Assembly (NCBI RefSeq): GCF_030144855.1
Contig: NC_082732.1
Span: 22,382,001 to 22,446,000, forward strand
DNA length: 64,000 bases
From: Hypanus sabinus
Lineage: Eukaryota
Reading direction: 5' to 3'
This document shows, in pieces, positions 25,411-39,149 of the stretch (positions within the stretch are counted from its first letter, which is position 1; every line of letters begins with the position of its first letter). The translations under genes and the position numbers were made by a program. Below the pieces are notes generated by a model. That model was not told the DNA's origin and searched no databases. It saw nothing but the letters and a program-made list of their open reading frames with translations.

Positions 25411-25945
25411 CAGAATTTTTTCCTTTTTCAGATGGATCAGACCCATTAGGAATTGGGTGGAGAGAAGAATTATCAAACCAAAATAGTAAATAGGACTTTC
25501 ATTGAAAGTCTAGTGGGTTATGCATTTCTTTATTTCTCTGTCCTATTCATCACAAAAATATCCTGCTATCAAAACAAAGCCCCATTTACTGTCGGTATAT
25601 TACCCAAGTCAGGTAGAGGACACCAGAGACAAGACCAAACTGTTGAAACTAAACTTATAAAATTTTACTCAAAATATAGTTAACTTTGCCAGTTATAAAC
25701 AGAAGTTGTACAGATCATAATCAGCAATCTCAGGCCAGAACTTTCCTTTTGCTGAATGCTGTAAGAAAATGCTGCTTTAAAACAATTCCAGATGATGTTG
25801 CAGGATAAAATATAATTAAAAGGAAAGCATTAGCAAAAGCATCTATTTTAGATAAAGATGTTTTACAGGCAATTAAACAGTATTTGCACATCTTTCCCAG
25901 CCTTCCTGCAAATAAACATCTATAATAAATTCAGTCAAAAAATGG

Positions 25946-26092
25946 CAGCTGTTACAACCAAATCCCACAAACGTTACATTGTGTACAGTTACATGTGTAC
26001 ACTGTCAGTAACACTGTGTACACTGATATATATGTACAGTCAGCTGTTACAACCAAATCCCACAAATGTTACATTGTGTACACTGTCAGTAA
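25946..26092. repeat. Local direct repeat (about 41 bp, cagctgttacaaccaaatcccacaaa...tgtgtaca) with interspersed TGTACA units
   Basis: Seen directly at about 25946-25987 and 26041-26081. Confidence 0.85.
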
Positions 26093-29000
26093 ATCATGAC
26101 AAAATACAGTGATAGACATCTTGCCTGACAACAACCTCCTAATCAACACAAAATAATTCTAATTAGATCGTGTGACAGGCATCCAGCAGTTGTTCACATC
26201 ACTAACAAAATGGCATAGGATTGCACCATTTTCACAGTGCAACAGCATGCAAGAAGCAGATGAACACATAACCAAATTGGCATTTTACTAGCTTAAAGGG
26301 GGTGGTTCTTATTAAATATTACTAGAAACTCTGTCTGGAGACACTGCAGCAATTCTCATTAAGTGCCCCCAGAAAATATTTACAGATTTTTTTTGTTAGA
26401 TGTTATTTGATTAACTTTAAGTCTGGAGTTCAAGATATACAGGCTTGGTTGAAACAAAGTCACAACTGAGCAGTGAATCACATCCATGCAAAATAATAAT
26501 TTCCCCAAGAGGAAATGATATCCTTTCAGAACTCAAACTGCACCATTCAATTAAAAAATCATTTGTGACATTTCAGAAGATCTAAAGCAGTCTCTCAAAT
26601 TTTTGCAACGTACAAATATCTCATTCAAGTTTGACAGTGCCTACCAGGGAAGCATTAATTTGACAAGTCATAGTAAAACCATCTTTACCTATCAACACTC
26701 AGAGAAGAGCATGCTATATGATGCTGTTTTTCCATGATATATAAATGCCACATGGTCAATTGAAAGCTGCAGATATTTAATTTTGCCTATTTTTCAACAA
26801 ACATTAGGCATAACTAAATCAATAATCAATTAAGGATACCCTGGGCTGGGAAAGTTCTACAGAAACAGCAGCAGGATTGACTTGGAAACCTGGGCAGGGT
26901 GTAAGAGGAGGATGCATTTTGCTAAAGGTATGAGAAAAGGAACTCAATAGCAAAAAAACAGCATATTCTAAAAATAACTATTATACATGCTTGTAGACAA
27001 GGATTGATACGACTTTTAAATTCCTCAGGGTGACATCATTGGTCTTTTCACTGGCCTAATCACTCAGCTTTTGAAAAGCTCTACAGGGAATTGATTTGCT
27101 TAGAAGGACTGATTTAAACCAATAAAGTTTCAAATTAAAACTGAACATTTGATTACACAAAAGCAGTATTATAAACCTAATAAAAGTGCACAATTATGCT
27201 ACTTTGTATAGTCTATCAAGGCTTTGTGTTCTAAAAACCAGGGATCAGTGTCCTCAGTCTAATTTGTAAATGTTTACCTCCTTCACAAACACTTACCTCG
27301 TTCCCCCACCCCACCTGCAATTCAGTCCTCAGTTAGAAATTCAATGCCAGCAACACCCCAGTTCCAGGTTTACTTGATTGGCATGGGGCTTACTGGGAAG
27401 TGTTTTTTTTACATTTATCTGACAGTCTATGTACAAGTGGCACGTCATCCTTCAGATAAAACAGCATGATCCAAATGAGTACTTGTCATTTAAGAATCTT
27501 GTATATTTAGGCCGGAATGGAATTCAAGAGCAAATTACTATAGCTTACTAACTGAAACCATCAATCACATTCAGCACAATGAAGGTACCATCTACACTCC
27601 TGCTGGTACAATGACAAGTACATAATTGTACAAATCCAGATTGAACATTTTATTTGAGATAGATAGATCTTACTAGGCATTGTGATCTACAGACCCCCAA
27701 TAGCTATGTTATTTAGGACATTACTGTCCAAATTCAACTCTGCAGCATTTTCTATGATGTAAAGTATTGAAGCACAAAGGCTAATGCAATCCTTTATGAG
27801 ATTACTCAGTTGTATTATCCCAGTGCTTCAAAAAGGTGGCTTTTTGCAACAGCAAAATAAGGATTTTTGGGAGATGGGGCCATGATAAAGTGGGTAGATA
27901 TGAACTAATGCAAAATTACTTTGGAATTAAGAATACCCAACATTTGTTGCACTTACTGAACTCTGGGTTGCATTCTTACAAATATTCGTACAAGCAGGTG
28001 ATTTTTTTTTAATCCAAATGTGAAACACATGGGAGAAACAAAAAATGGATAGAATTAAACAGGTTTTAGATTCTTTAAGACCATTTCTATCAAATGCAGG
28101 GTTCAGCACATCAATATTAGCCAAATATTTTGTTGTGTAGTTTTGTAAATTAGACCTCCATAACACCAGTAATGATTGCAGAACTCAGTGCCCTTCATTA
28201 CAAGATTTAAGATCCCACTACTTTCAGTAAATTAAAAAATTACTCAGACAAGTATTTCATTCCATTGTAATTGTTAAAACCAAATTGAAGTTGAAACAAA
28301 AACTGGAAATCTAAAAGCAAACATCAGAAAATCTTGGGAACACTCAGGTCAGGCAACATCTTTTGAAAGAGAAATAATTAACATTTCTCTTTCCACAATT
28401 TCCAGCCTTTTCTTTTATAAATAAAACAGAACAGTAGTCTGTTCAAAAGTTTCACACTATTCAGATGTAAGTTATGATGTTCAATATAAACAACCAGCAA
28501 GTTAAATTGCAAATTGAAAGGTCTACATTCTCTTTGCTAAATCACTTTACAACTTGTCTTTCCTAGGAGGGGAAAAATACCAAAAAATAACGAGTAAATT
28601 CAAGTTATATAATGCAGGTTTTTCTGGCTGAGTGAGAGCCAAGATTATTTAAACATTGTTTCCATGGGAAAAATCAAAATTTGATCTCCAAAAAAATTAG
28701 GACAACCCAATAATTTGACACTATATAGAATTTAGCAAAGTGGCCCTGATTAAGGTACTCCTTAAAAGTTCTAAAAAGTTGAAATGCGGCTCCACCCAAC
28801 ATTGCCATCCACACCTCTGTTTGTCAACCAGCAGCTGATTTCTCACATTATTAGTGCATTAGTCTAATGTGTAAGAGTTGTGATGTGAGAATTTAATAAA
28901 CAGAGGCTATAGTTTAACTTAAAATTGAACTTCTCCCTCCTCATGCCATATTAACAACATGGTTCACTACACAAGTATTGGCTCTCAGTTCTTGATTATC

Positions 29001-32000
29001 TCCTACTTATCTCCCACGGGTATTTCATTGGTTACTTGGGAACATAGCTGTCTATTGTTCAGTTCACTGATCTTTAACAAGATAGCCTTTCCAGTGAGGT
29101 GTTCCTATTGAAACACCTGGAAGGTCCTGCAAGTTTTATGCCAACAATTCCAAACAGAACAGGAGCTTGATTCCAGTAACTTAGCCTGGTAGTGAAGGGA
29201 GGGCTGGGTTTTAAGCAAAAGGAGATAGAACACTACTTTAGAATTTCTGGATCAGAAGCACAAGCAATTTTTACAAGACAGGGCAACATTTATATAGACA
29301 TTAAAAAGGTTCACTTAGGACTTTCTCCATACTTTATCAAAATACCTTGTAGATTTAGTTAACATTGCTTTATGGTTATAACATCAATCGATTAACTTAT
29401 TCCAACATTTTAATCTGTGTTACAATAAGCCCAGATCCATCCCTGACCTAGAAATGACCTTTTACCATATGTCAGCAGTCCTGCAGTTGGATCCTGATTT
29501 TGTTTATTACTGCAGATTCAATCTGTTGTCACGTTATGCTGGTGTATGCAGTGTGCAATGTCTTCGAGTCCATTTTTGATTCTTTTAACCCAAATAAACT
29601 AAACATGGCATCCTCCAGAGTCCTTTCACAACCAGATTTCACTATCTTTATTTTGCCTGTATAGTACTAGTGTTTGCAAACACACTTCTCCTCAATAATG
29701 ACCCTCAAAGACAATAGATCCCACAAGTATTATTATGTCATACACTGCATTGCACACCAGTGACAGCTTTCTTATGTAACCTCGGATACATGCACTTCAC
29801 TTTACATTTTTTTTTGGTTTACCATCAAACACATGAGCTCTGACAGTAACTGCAAGAAACAAAACCAGAGCTTGATTTTAAAAACACTAGTCAACTGATT
29901 ATCTTTCCTGTTTAGAATTATAAAAATTAGTTGGTTGACTGATCAAAAAAAACATTTTTTATGCTTAAAAAACATATTTGCACTGCTTCATAGGAATGAA
30001 AATCCCCTGTGCAGTACTTACCCTAAGCAGTTTGTTTTGAATGCATTTATTCATCCTATAAATTGTTCCATAAGCCTTACTTTGACTAAGTGATATACAC
30101 TGAGTAACGGTTACCTGACTAGATGATGGCAGGAAACTAAAAGCAGCAGGATTACAACTCAACCTTTGTGCATTTTTAAACAGTCACTGAAAATCCAAGG
30201 GGAGAACACTTATTAAATGTTCCCTCCCTCTTCAGGCCATTGTAGAGCCAAAACTCGATTAAAACTATGACCGTTTTGGTTTGTATATCACATCATACAG
30301 TGCATTAATCCACAGAATCAGTGGGGAGTCTGCTACTTCATCACTTACAAAAATAGAGTCTCAGGCAATCATTTCAGTCAAGCCAGTTTCATGAACACCA
30401 GAGATCAGAATTAGTCAGTCGAGTGATATCCCAATTTGCATGGAAACATCAACAATTTACAAACCAAACCCTGGGAAGAGGTTACACAGGAAAGAAAATA
30501 CATTAGCTTGATATTTAACAAATGACCAGGTTTAACACAGTATCACCCATTATAAAATAATTCTAGGGCCTGACATCTTGCAGTTTTTAAAACCACAAAT
30601 GTGAGTAGCATTTGAGGGCTATCTGACCTCACTCCAAATCAATTGAGCTGAGCTAGGTGCCTCAGTCCAATAATCTGATGGCTGTTAAATACAAGGCTGC
30701 TGTGCTTCCAGCTGTACAGGAATGAGACAGCTAACTCTTTCCAAGCACTGGTTGAAATATACGAAAATTAATTAATCTCACTCCCATCCCCCACAAAAAG
30801 CAGTTTTTTTTGTTCGCAGGCAGACATACACAGTGTGTACACACACAAATACATACATGTGCGCACATGCGCAAACAGGACAGATGGCTGCATCAGCTCG
30901 CATGCGAGCCTCAACAACAAAAAAAACACAAAAATCACTTGCCCTTTTAATATTAGATGGATCTAAAAAGTTTTCTTTGAATTGTAGAAAATAAAGGCAA
31001 TGCCTTGGGAAAAAAAAACACATTAAGAGTATGTACTAGTGATGGACCATAACTGCAACACCTTGTCAGAGCAGGGTGCAGAATGCACACAACCACTAGA
31101 AAGGAGGAATACCAAAACCTCAGGTTCCACTAATTGACCTCAAAGCCTTCCAACTTTCCTAAGGAACATTTAATTTGATTGAAACTATTTTGTTTCCCTT
31201 TAAAATTCATTTATTTCTGTCCTTCTTTCTTCATAAAACTGGGAAGACGGTCAGATAAGAACACTTCTGAAAACCTGCCCAGTTTCTGACAATATTACTG
31301 CTCTGCACTGAACCATAACGGGAGCAGCATTAACTAAAAGCATGGCCTTTGCCAAAACATCCTCTTCGGGAAAAAAAATTCTACTACTGCAAGTTATACC
31401 TATCCCGCAGGTTATATCAAAAACCAACACGCACAAAGCATGGCTGGTGAATGAGCAGAAGGCAGTGCTGGAATAAGATCACATGACTACAACGTTATGC
31501 AGTTAACACCTTAAGTGCTACCCCAATGGGCCATATTTTAATCTCACCATCATATGAGTTTTTGATTTGATCTAAATTCTGGAATTCAGATGCTGCAGTT
31601 AACCACTTTCAGGTGTGAGATAATAACATTCATGGCCATTATTGGAGCTGCTCTCGTTCATCACTCCCCCCCTCTGCGACCAGTTTTCTGTGAATCAACA
31701 GACATACTCTCCTACTATCGAAGGGGCGACAAGAATCTGACAGGAATTGGCTGTGCACCAAGACACCAACACAGCAGATGTGTTCCACAGTGCATCTTGG
31801 TTTGCTGTGCCCAACAGCCCGAACCTGTTCTCCACAACCCTTTGGTGGATCTCCATGTTCTTGTCCTGTTTCTCTAGATAAATGTTTTGCAAGATATTTT
31901 AAATACTACACAAAATAAATAATTTTAAAATGGGTGCATTTCTGATAGATCTTTTTGACATATTGCTTGGCAAGGTAATTAGCCATGAGCAACTATCTTG

Positions 32001-32247
32001 CAGTAATAGATTAGATGCAAAGAAACCAAAACAATCCTGTATAGAATATGATGAGAGAAACAGCACCCATCACTAATACATAGTCAAATTCTTTCCTGAA
32101 ATTAAACTATTGAACATTCTTAGACAGTATTATTGCTGGAGCAAATTTCTGATTAGAAATGGCACACAATATATTCTTGGCCAGTCTGATTGCAAGAAAC
32201 CTCCCCTTCATGGTTTCCTTGGAGAGCTCACAGCAGTGTGTGCCATC

Positions 32248-32325
32248 CACAGTGGGCGGAGCAGGGATCACAGTGTGCAAGGAGAAAGGTCACAGTGGGC
32301 GGAGCAAAGGGGGATCACAGTGCAA
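32248..32325. repeat. Imperfect tandem repeat (cacagtgggcggagca...ggatcacagtg x2) in the proximal SZRD1 3' UTR
   Basis: Seen directly. Confidence 0.75.
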
Positions 32326-32430
32326 ATAAAGCAGATCAGGTCCTCTGCTTGAGTCCGTTTTCTCTGTCCAACACTGCACGCTCAGTCATGGAGAGTTCTG
32401 TTTTATAAAGCGCGCTCTCTAGCGCATGTT

Positions 32431-32533
32431 TTATCTACGTTGTTTGAAGCCTTGTGTACCATCGGGGCCCAGGGGTTGTCGAATTATACTGCTCTGCTGC
32501 CTGTTCTCTTCCAACTGGGTGATCCTGGATGGC
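32431..32533 (-). CDS. SZRD1: SZRD1 coding exon 4 ([33 protein letters not shown]), SUZ-C motif
   Basis: tttttcag acceptor, [14 protein letters not shown] motif, TAA stop at 32433-32431. Confidence 0.96.
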
Positions 32534-33085
32534 CTGAAAAACAGAAGGTTTAATATCAGAAGGAGACAGTGTCAGATCCTTATTGTCAGTGTTGCTTTTA
32601 CTCCTATATACAATGATTCAGCTATGATTCTGATCCCAAGAGGGTTATACAATGCACACTGAACAATTCCTAAATATTTTTAAGACGCTTTGTCAACAAC
32701 GGTATTTCTGCAAGTGTATCATTAACAGCAGCACATTACAAGTACAGCCTATACTCTGTACAATAACCAACAAGTTTAGATAGTACAACTGGTTCATAAT
32801 CCAAACATAGCTGTGTGCAAGTCAACACATTCTTGCTTTCTTACAAGGAGTTTTCTATCAAATCACAGAAGTTTTTTTTAAATGCTCAATTTGAGCACAA
32901 TATGCAATTGACAATGAGAACCTTGGAGAGGACATCTGGTTGAATATGAATGCAACAACATCAGTGCAATCTCTCTCCCTTTCACAAGCCTTAAGCTTCA
33001 TCTCCCTTTTGAAAGTTGTACAAAGTCTGCTACAGATGGTGGTTGGAGTCTGGGAAGCATTGAAGTGGTGGTGCAATCATAGTCT

Positions 33086-35752
33086 TGTAGCGGTGTGCTA
33101 CACGCAGCGCTAAAATTACGACACGGAGTCGGTAACTGCAGTCGAAGGAAAAAACTTTATTCGAAATCTTCAGCCTCACTTTTAAGCCTCCCTCAACCTG
33201 CCCCCCATGGCGCAGAGGCTCCAAAGCTCTGTGCTCGCAAACCCCCGTAGGCTATCTAATTGTGAGTCGGTTCGGATGTGCCAGGAAATGGGTCGCCACA
33301 TAACCACCCCCCCCCCCCCCAGAACCGGCGATACACCCCCCAATGTCCACAGTCTGGGCCAGAACCTGCTTCGGAGGTCGGCCTCTGCGCCGAGGTGCCG
33401 GAAACTCGGCCGGTTGCGCCAGGACTACAAGGGCCGGTTTGAGGCGGTCCACCGTGAAAACCCCCCCTTTCCCCCCAACGTCCAGCACGAACGTGGACCC
33501 GTTGTTCCGGAGCACCATAAACGGCCCCTCGTATGGCCGCTGCAGCGGTGGCCGATGCCCGCCCCTTCGTACAAACACAAACTTACAGTTCTGTAGGTCT
33601 TTGGGTACGCAGGTCGGGTGCCGCCCATGCTGCGAAGTGGGTATGGGGGCCAGGTTACCGAGCTTCTCGCGTAGTCTGCCCAGGACTGCTGCGGGATCTT
33701 CCTCTTGCCCCCTTGGGGCTGGTAGGAACTCCCCGGGGACGACCAGGGGCGCGCCGTATACCAACTCGGCCAACGAGGCGTGCAGGTCGTCCTTGGGCGC
33801 TGTGCAGATGCCGAGTAGGACCCAGGGAAGCTCGTCCACCCAGTTGGCTCCTCGCAGGTGGGCCATGAGGGCCGACTTCAGGTGACGGTGGAAACGCTCC
33901 ACTAGCCCGTTTGACAGTGGGTGGTAGGCAGTGGTGTGGTGCAGCTGAGTCCCCAAAAGGCTGGCCATAGCTGACCACAGGCTGGAGGTGAACTGGGCGC
34001 CTCTGTCAGAGGTAATGTGGGCTGGTACACCAAAGCGAGATATTCAGGTGGCGATCAGGGCTCGGGCGCAAGATTCGGAGGGGTGTCGGTGAGCGGGACC
34101 GCCTCTGGCCATCTTGTGAACCGGTCCACAACAGTCAGGAGGTGCCGCACTCCGCGCGACACTGGCAGGGGGCCCACAATATCCACATGAATGTGGTCGA
34201 AACGCCGGTGGGCGGGATGGAACTGCTGCAGTGGGGCTTTGGTGTGCCGCTGCACCTCGGCCGTCTGGCAGTGCTGCACGTTTTGGCCCATTCACTGACC
34301 TGTTTGCGGAGTCCGTGCCAAACGAACCTGCTGGAAACCATCCGGACAACTGTCCGGATGGAGGGATGCGCCAAGTTATGAATGGAGTCGAAAACGCGGC
34401 GCCGCCAGGCTGTCGGGATGACGGGACGGGGCTGGCCGGTGGCGACGTCACAGAGTAGGGTCCTCTCACCCGGGCCCACGGGGAGGTCCCGGAGCTGCAA
34501 ACCGGAGACTGCGGTTCTGTAACTCGGAATCTCCTCATCCGCCTGCTGCGCCTCTGCCAGTGCCTCAAAGTCTACCCCTTGGGAAAGGGCATGAACGGTA
34601 GGGCGAGAGAGCGCATCCGCCACGACATTGTCCTTACCCGAGACGTGCCGGACATCCGTCATGTATTCAGAGATGTAGGACAGGTGGCGTTGCTGGCGGG
34701 ACGACCAGGGGTCGGACGCTTTCATAAACGCAAAGGTAAGCGGTTTGGCCGGATGATCCCCAATTCCTCCATCCTCTGGAACTCCTCCTTCGCCAGTCAG
34801 AGCTTGTCCGGGGGAAGCCGCCGAGCGCGGGCGTGGAGGGGTGGTCCCTGGGTCAGGATGTGGTGCTGTGCCTGGGCATGGCCGCTGTGAACTGTGGTGC
34901 CAGAACCGATGGGAAATCCGCCAGGACCCTGGTGAAGTCGTTGTCGGACAGCGTGATGGAGCCAAGGTGAGGGGCTGGCAACTGGGCTGCAACCAGGGAG
35001 AACGTCTGAAAGGTCTCGGCGTGGACCAGTCGGCTGTGAGCCCGCAAAAAATCCGCACCCAGAAGCGGTTGGGCTACGGCGGCCAGTGTGAAGTCCCACG
35101 TGAACTGACTGGAGCCGAACTGTAGCTGCACCTGACGGGTGCCATAGGTCCTTACTAACATCTCATTCATTAAAGCCGATGGAGGTCTGTCGCCCAAGCC
35201 ATCCAGGTGCAGTAAACGGGCAGCCCGCTCGCGCCGTGAGAGTCCGAAAGTCCTGAGGAGCAGGGCTTTGAATTCTGTGTACTTGCCGTCTGCCGGGGGC
35301 GACTGTACGAACTCCACGACCTGGGCCGCTGTGTCCTAGTCGAGGGAGCTCACCACGTAGTAGTAGCGGGAGTCTTCTGAGGTGATCTGGCGAACGTGGA
35401 ATTGGGCTTCGGCTTGCTGGAACCATAGGTTCGGGCGCTGTGTCCAGAAACCCGGCAGTTTCAACGAAACCGCATGAACAGAGGCGGCGTCGGTCATTTC
35501 TGGTCCAAAAATCGTTTGGACTGTCGGGGTCACCAATTGTAGCGGTGTGCTACACACAGCGCTAAAATTACGACACGGAGTCGGTAACTGCAGTCGAAGG
35601 AAAAAACTTTATTCGAAATCTTCAGCCTCACTTTTAAGCCTCCCTCAACCTGCCCCCCGTGGCGTAGAGACTCCAAAGCTCTGTGCTTGCAAACCCCCGT
35701 AGGCTATCTAATTGTGAGTCGGTTCGGACGTGCCAGGAAATGGGTCGCCACA
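33086..35752 (-). mobile_element. Gypsy/Ty3 LTR retrotransposon, internally deleted, copy 1 (2667 bp)
   Basis: 215-bp LTRs at 33086-33300 and 35538-35752 (TG...CA, 6 differences). 4-bp TSD GTCT. tRNA-Trp PBS at 35523-35535. Poly-G PPT at 33304-33320. Gag, protease, RNase H end and integrase remnants with stops and frameshifts. No RT. Confidence 0.95.
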
Positions 35753-36061
35753 GTCTCATTCAGTACTTAATCACCAAGGCACAGTTGACTATAGACCCAA
35801 TGATGCAAGAATGGAATTATTGTAGGTAGGTACAATATGTAGCATGAACATAATCAAAGGAACCTACCTTTGTGCTGTATGGTTATGATTCTATTGTATT
35901 GAATTGTATGTATTGTTTTCACTCACACCTGGGGATTACAAAATAGCCTGCTCAGTATTCATCAAATTTAGCCAACTCGTTTTTGAAAACTCTGCAGGTC
36001 TTTGTTGGGCAAAAGTTTATCTCATCAATTCTAATACCGAAAAGTTTTCTTCATATTTTTA

Positions 36062-36622
36062 TGTAACCCTCAGGCTCGGGCAGCATGTGTTCGTCTAGGG
36101 GAGAAACAACTTCTGGCCCCACCAAACATGAGAAATCTCGTTTGTGTGGATGCTGCATGATGTGTTACCCGGTTACAAATCTGTGCCGCAAAGTATCAGA
36201 CGGTACACCGTATGCAATTAAATGACTGAACTTTATAAATCTTAAAATCTTAATCTGGATAGAGGGTTAGTAAACAAAATAAAAAGTAAAAGGGCCCATT
36301 TTAAGGAAGAAGTCTATTGTGCATTATTGGAGTTCACTGACCTCCAAGCATAGCCAGTCCTCTGACCCTCGCTCCTCAGTCCACTCCATCTGGTGGTCTT
36401 CCGACTCTCTTCATCACTCCCCGACAAAAGACCACAAAAAACCAGGCTCCCAGACACACAAGAACAATATTTCTCCCGTTGGATAACATACATTCCGAAG
36501 TCCCATTATCTCTAGCCATAACCCAAACATTGCTGCTACAGAGAAACCATTACCTTAACAGAGGAACATTACAAAGAAGGCATTACATTAGCCTTAGCAG
36601 TGAAACCTTACAGTGTGTTACA
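36062..36622. mobile_element. Solo LTR of a different family (561 bp)
   Basis: Ends TGTAAC...GTTACA (6-bp inverted repeat) flanked by a 4-bp direct repeat TTTA. Confidence 0.8.
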
Positions 36623-37069
36623 TTTAGATAGTGTCCTCATAATAAAGGTGGTTTATCCAGAAAATTTAACAGCAGCCCGTCTAGCTGCTACTCAGATATT
36701 GTGTGACCAACAGAAGAGTTGACATAAGAAAATGCAGTAACCACTTCATTTGCCAATAATGAGTTATATCACGATTAGAATCAAATTAACAAAGCTGGAA
36801 CGTGGCTATAGTAACCTTACTAGCACACCTTTTCATTATTTCAGCACCATAAAAATTCAGCCTATTTTTGTGGGTGTCATTTGCTTGAAAATCAGAACAA
36901 GGACACTTCACTCTCCGTCCCCAATCAACATCTTTACACCTGTGACCCCCTGAAATGTTCTTCATCAGTAAATGGCAAATGTTGGACTATTCTTCAAGCA
37001 TACAAGAGATATGAAATAACATTTCATTGAGTGATCTTCTGTACTTTCTCCCTAACCACATATGGCAAT

Positions 37070-38030
37070 GAAAAAGGAACATTACTTCCTACAAAGCAAA
37101 ACCCAATAGCATGAATGGCAGCAATGCTTCACTACCAGATGAACTCAACACCTTCCATGCCCACTTTGAAAAGAGAATATAACTACAGCTGTGAAGACCC
37201 CTGCTGCATCCGGTGACCCTGTGATCTGTCTCAGAGGCCGATATTAGGCTGTCTTTAAAGAGGATGAACCCTCACAAAATGGAAGGCCCTAATGGAGTAC
37301 CTGGTATGGCTCCAAAAACTTGTGCCAACCATCTGGCAGGGTATTCAAGGACATTTTCAAACGTACACTGCAATGGGTGGAAGTTCCCACTTGCTTCAAA
37401 AAGGCAACAATTATACCAGTACTCAAGAAGAATGTGAACTGTTTTAATGACTATTACCCAGTAGCATTCACATCTACAGTGATGAAATCCTTTGAGAGGT
37501 TGGACAGGACTAAGCTCCTGCCTCTGCAAGGACCTGGACCCACTGCAATTTGCCTATTGCCACAATAGCTCCATGGCAGACACAATCTTGATGGGACGTT
37601 AGACCACCTAGACAATACAAACACCTATGTCCAGATGCTGTTCATCGACTATATCTCTGCATTTAACACCATCATTCCCACAATCCTGATTGAGAAGTTG
37701 CAGAGCCTGGGCCTCTCTACCTCCCTCTGCAATTGGATCCTCAAGTTCCTAACTGAAAGACCACAATCTGTGCAGATTGGTGATAATATCTCCTCCTGGC
37801 TGACAACCAACACTGGCACACCTCAGGGGTGTGGTTAGCCCACTGTTCTACTCTCTCTATATCCATGACTGTGTGGCTAGGCATAACTCAAATACCATCT
37901 ATAAATTTTCTGATGATACAACCAACGTTGGTAGAATCTCAGATGGAGACGAGAGGGCATACAGGAGCAAGATATACCAACTAGTGGAATGGTGTCACAG
38001 CAACAACCTTACACTCAACGTCAGTAAGAC
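37070..38030 (+). mobile_element. Rex1/Babar-like LINE RT fragment (frameshifted)
   Basis: [35 protein letters not shown] and YKFSDDTT motifs. Confidence 0.88.
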
Positions 38031-39149
38031 ACACACACATTGTGCAGTAGAAGTCAATAATTAGGATTATAAGCTTCATAGATTCCTTTAGGGACACCAG
38101 AATTTTAGGTTCAAAACTTACTGATTGACTGATGTTTAATTAACTGATACTGACATGCACCAAAAATAGTCTACTCACGAAAATTATTCTCAAAAATAAA
38201 GCTGACGAAGCCTTAATATTCACCCCATCAGTAAACCTTATGACAAATTGATCATACAGAATTTTCACCATTCCTTTTTAGTTATCTTGGCATTGTGAAG
38301 TATACTCAATGTTCATCCAGTAAACACACTAAGACCATTTCCTTGCAAGGGTGAATAGACACACAACATGCTCAGTTCAAAAAATAATTACAGAAGTACA
38401 AAATTTTGTAAGAAATCTGAAACAAGTTATTGAACAAACCAATAGTTGTCCTCAATATAGCAAATTTCATCAGTGTTTGACTCATTAATACAAAGACAAG
38501 GCTACCCCTGATCTCATGGTAGCTGAAAGCTGACAGAGCAGGTGGGTTATTTGGAGGCAGTCTGCCCACCCTGCCACTTAATTTCCTAGTGTGCTCTTGA
38601 TATGTGGCTTTGAGCACCATTCCAAATGCTTCTTCCCCAGTACGAACAAAAATAGGACAGATATTCCCCAGATTCAGCGGAGACTTTGCATTTCAAGGAG
38701 ACTTCAAGCACCTTCTTTAACCTTTTCTTCTGACTGTTGGAAATTTCTTCCCATGATAAAGTTCAGAATTGAACACCTGCTTCAGGAGCCTGGCGCCAAG
38801 CAAGGAAATGTGACCTGCCTATGAAAACCAACCCTAAGGATGGGCTCAACATGGTGGGGGGGGAGGGGGGGAGGGGAATCAGCTTGGGAAAGAACACAAA
38901 GAGATGATCCTTTGCTAATCCTCCCTGAAATTTGAGGATTTTGCCAAAATAGATGATATTTTTCCAATGCCTTGCAATGCCTGCTACATAGGTGCAGGTC
39001 TGAGAAACCTTTAGAGAAGTTGTAAATTCTGGTGAAGAGAAACCTCTTCACTGCATGCTTTATCTCAGATAGTCACTCTCAAAATAAAAGGAAGAATACA
39101 GAAAACTAAGCTGAATTTTAGAATCAGTTATGATAAGATCATAAGCACA

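Noticed and set aside
33252-34568. Copy 1 integrase as a functional gene
   Set aside because: Frameshifts near 34080 and 34275 and an in-frame TGA near 34045. Gag also has a TAG at 35336-35338.
33207-35125. Many overlapping plus-strand ORFs inside the Gypsy copies (also 40978-42363)
   Set aside because: Shadow ORFs of GC-rich retrotransposon coding sequence with no recognisable motifs.
35523-35535. tRNA-Trp-like sequence as a tRNA gene
   Set aside because: Only the 13-14 nt 3' end including CCA is present, adjacent to the LTR. It is a primer-binding site.
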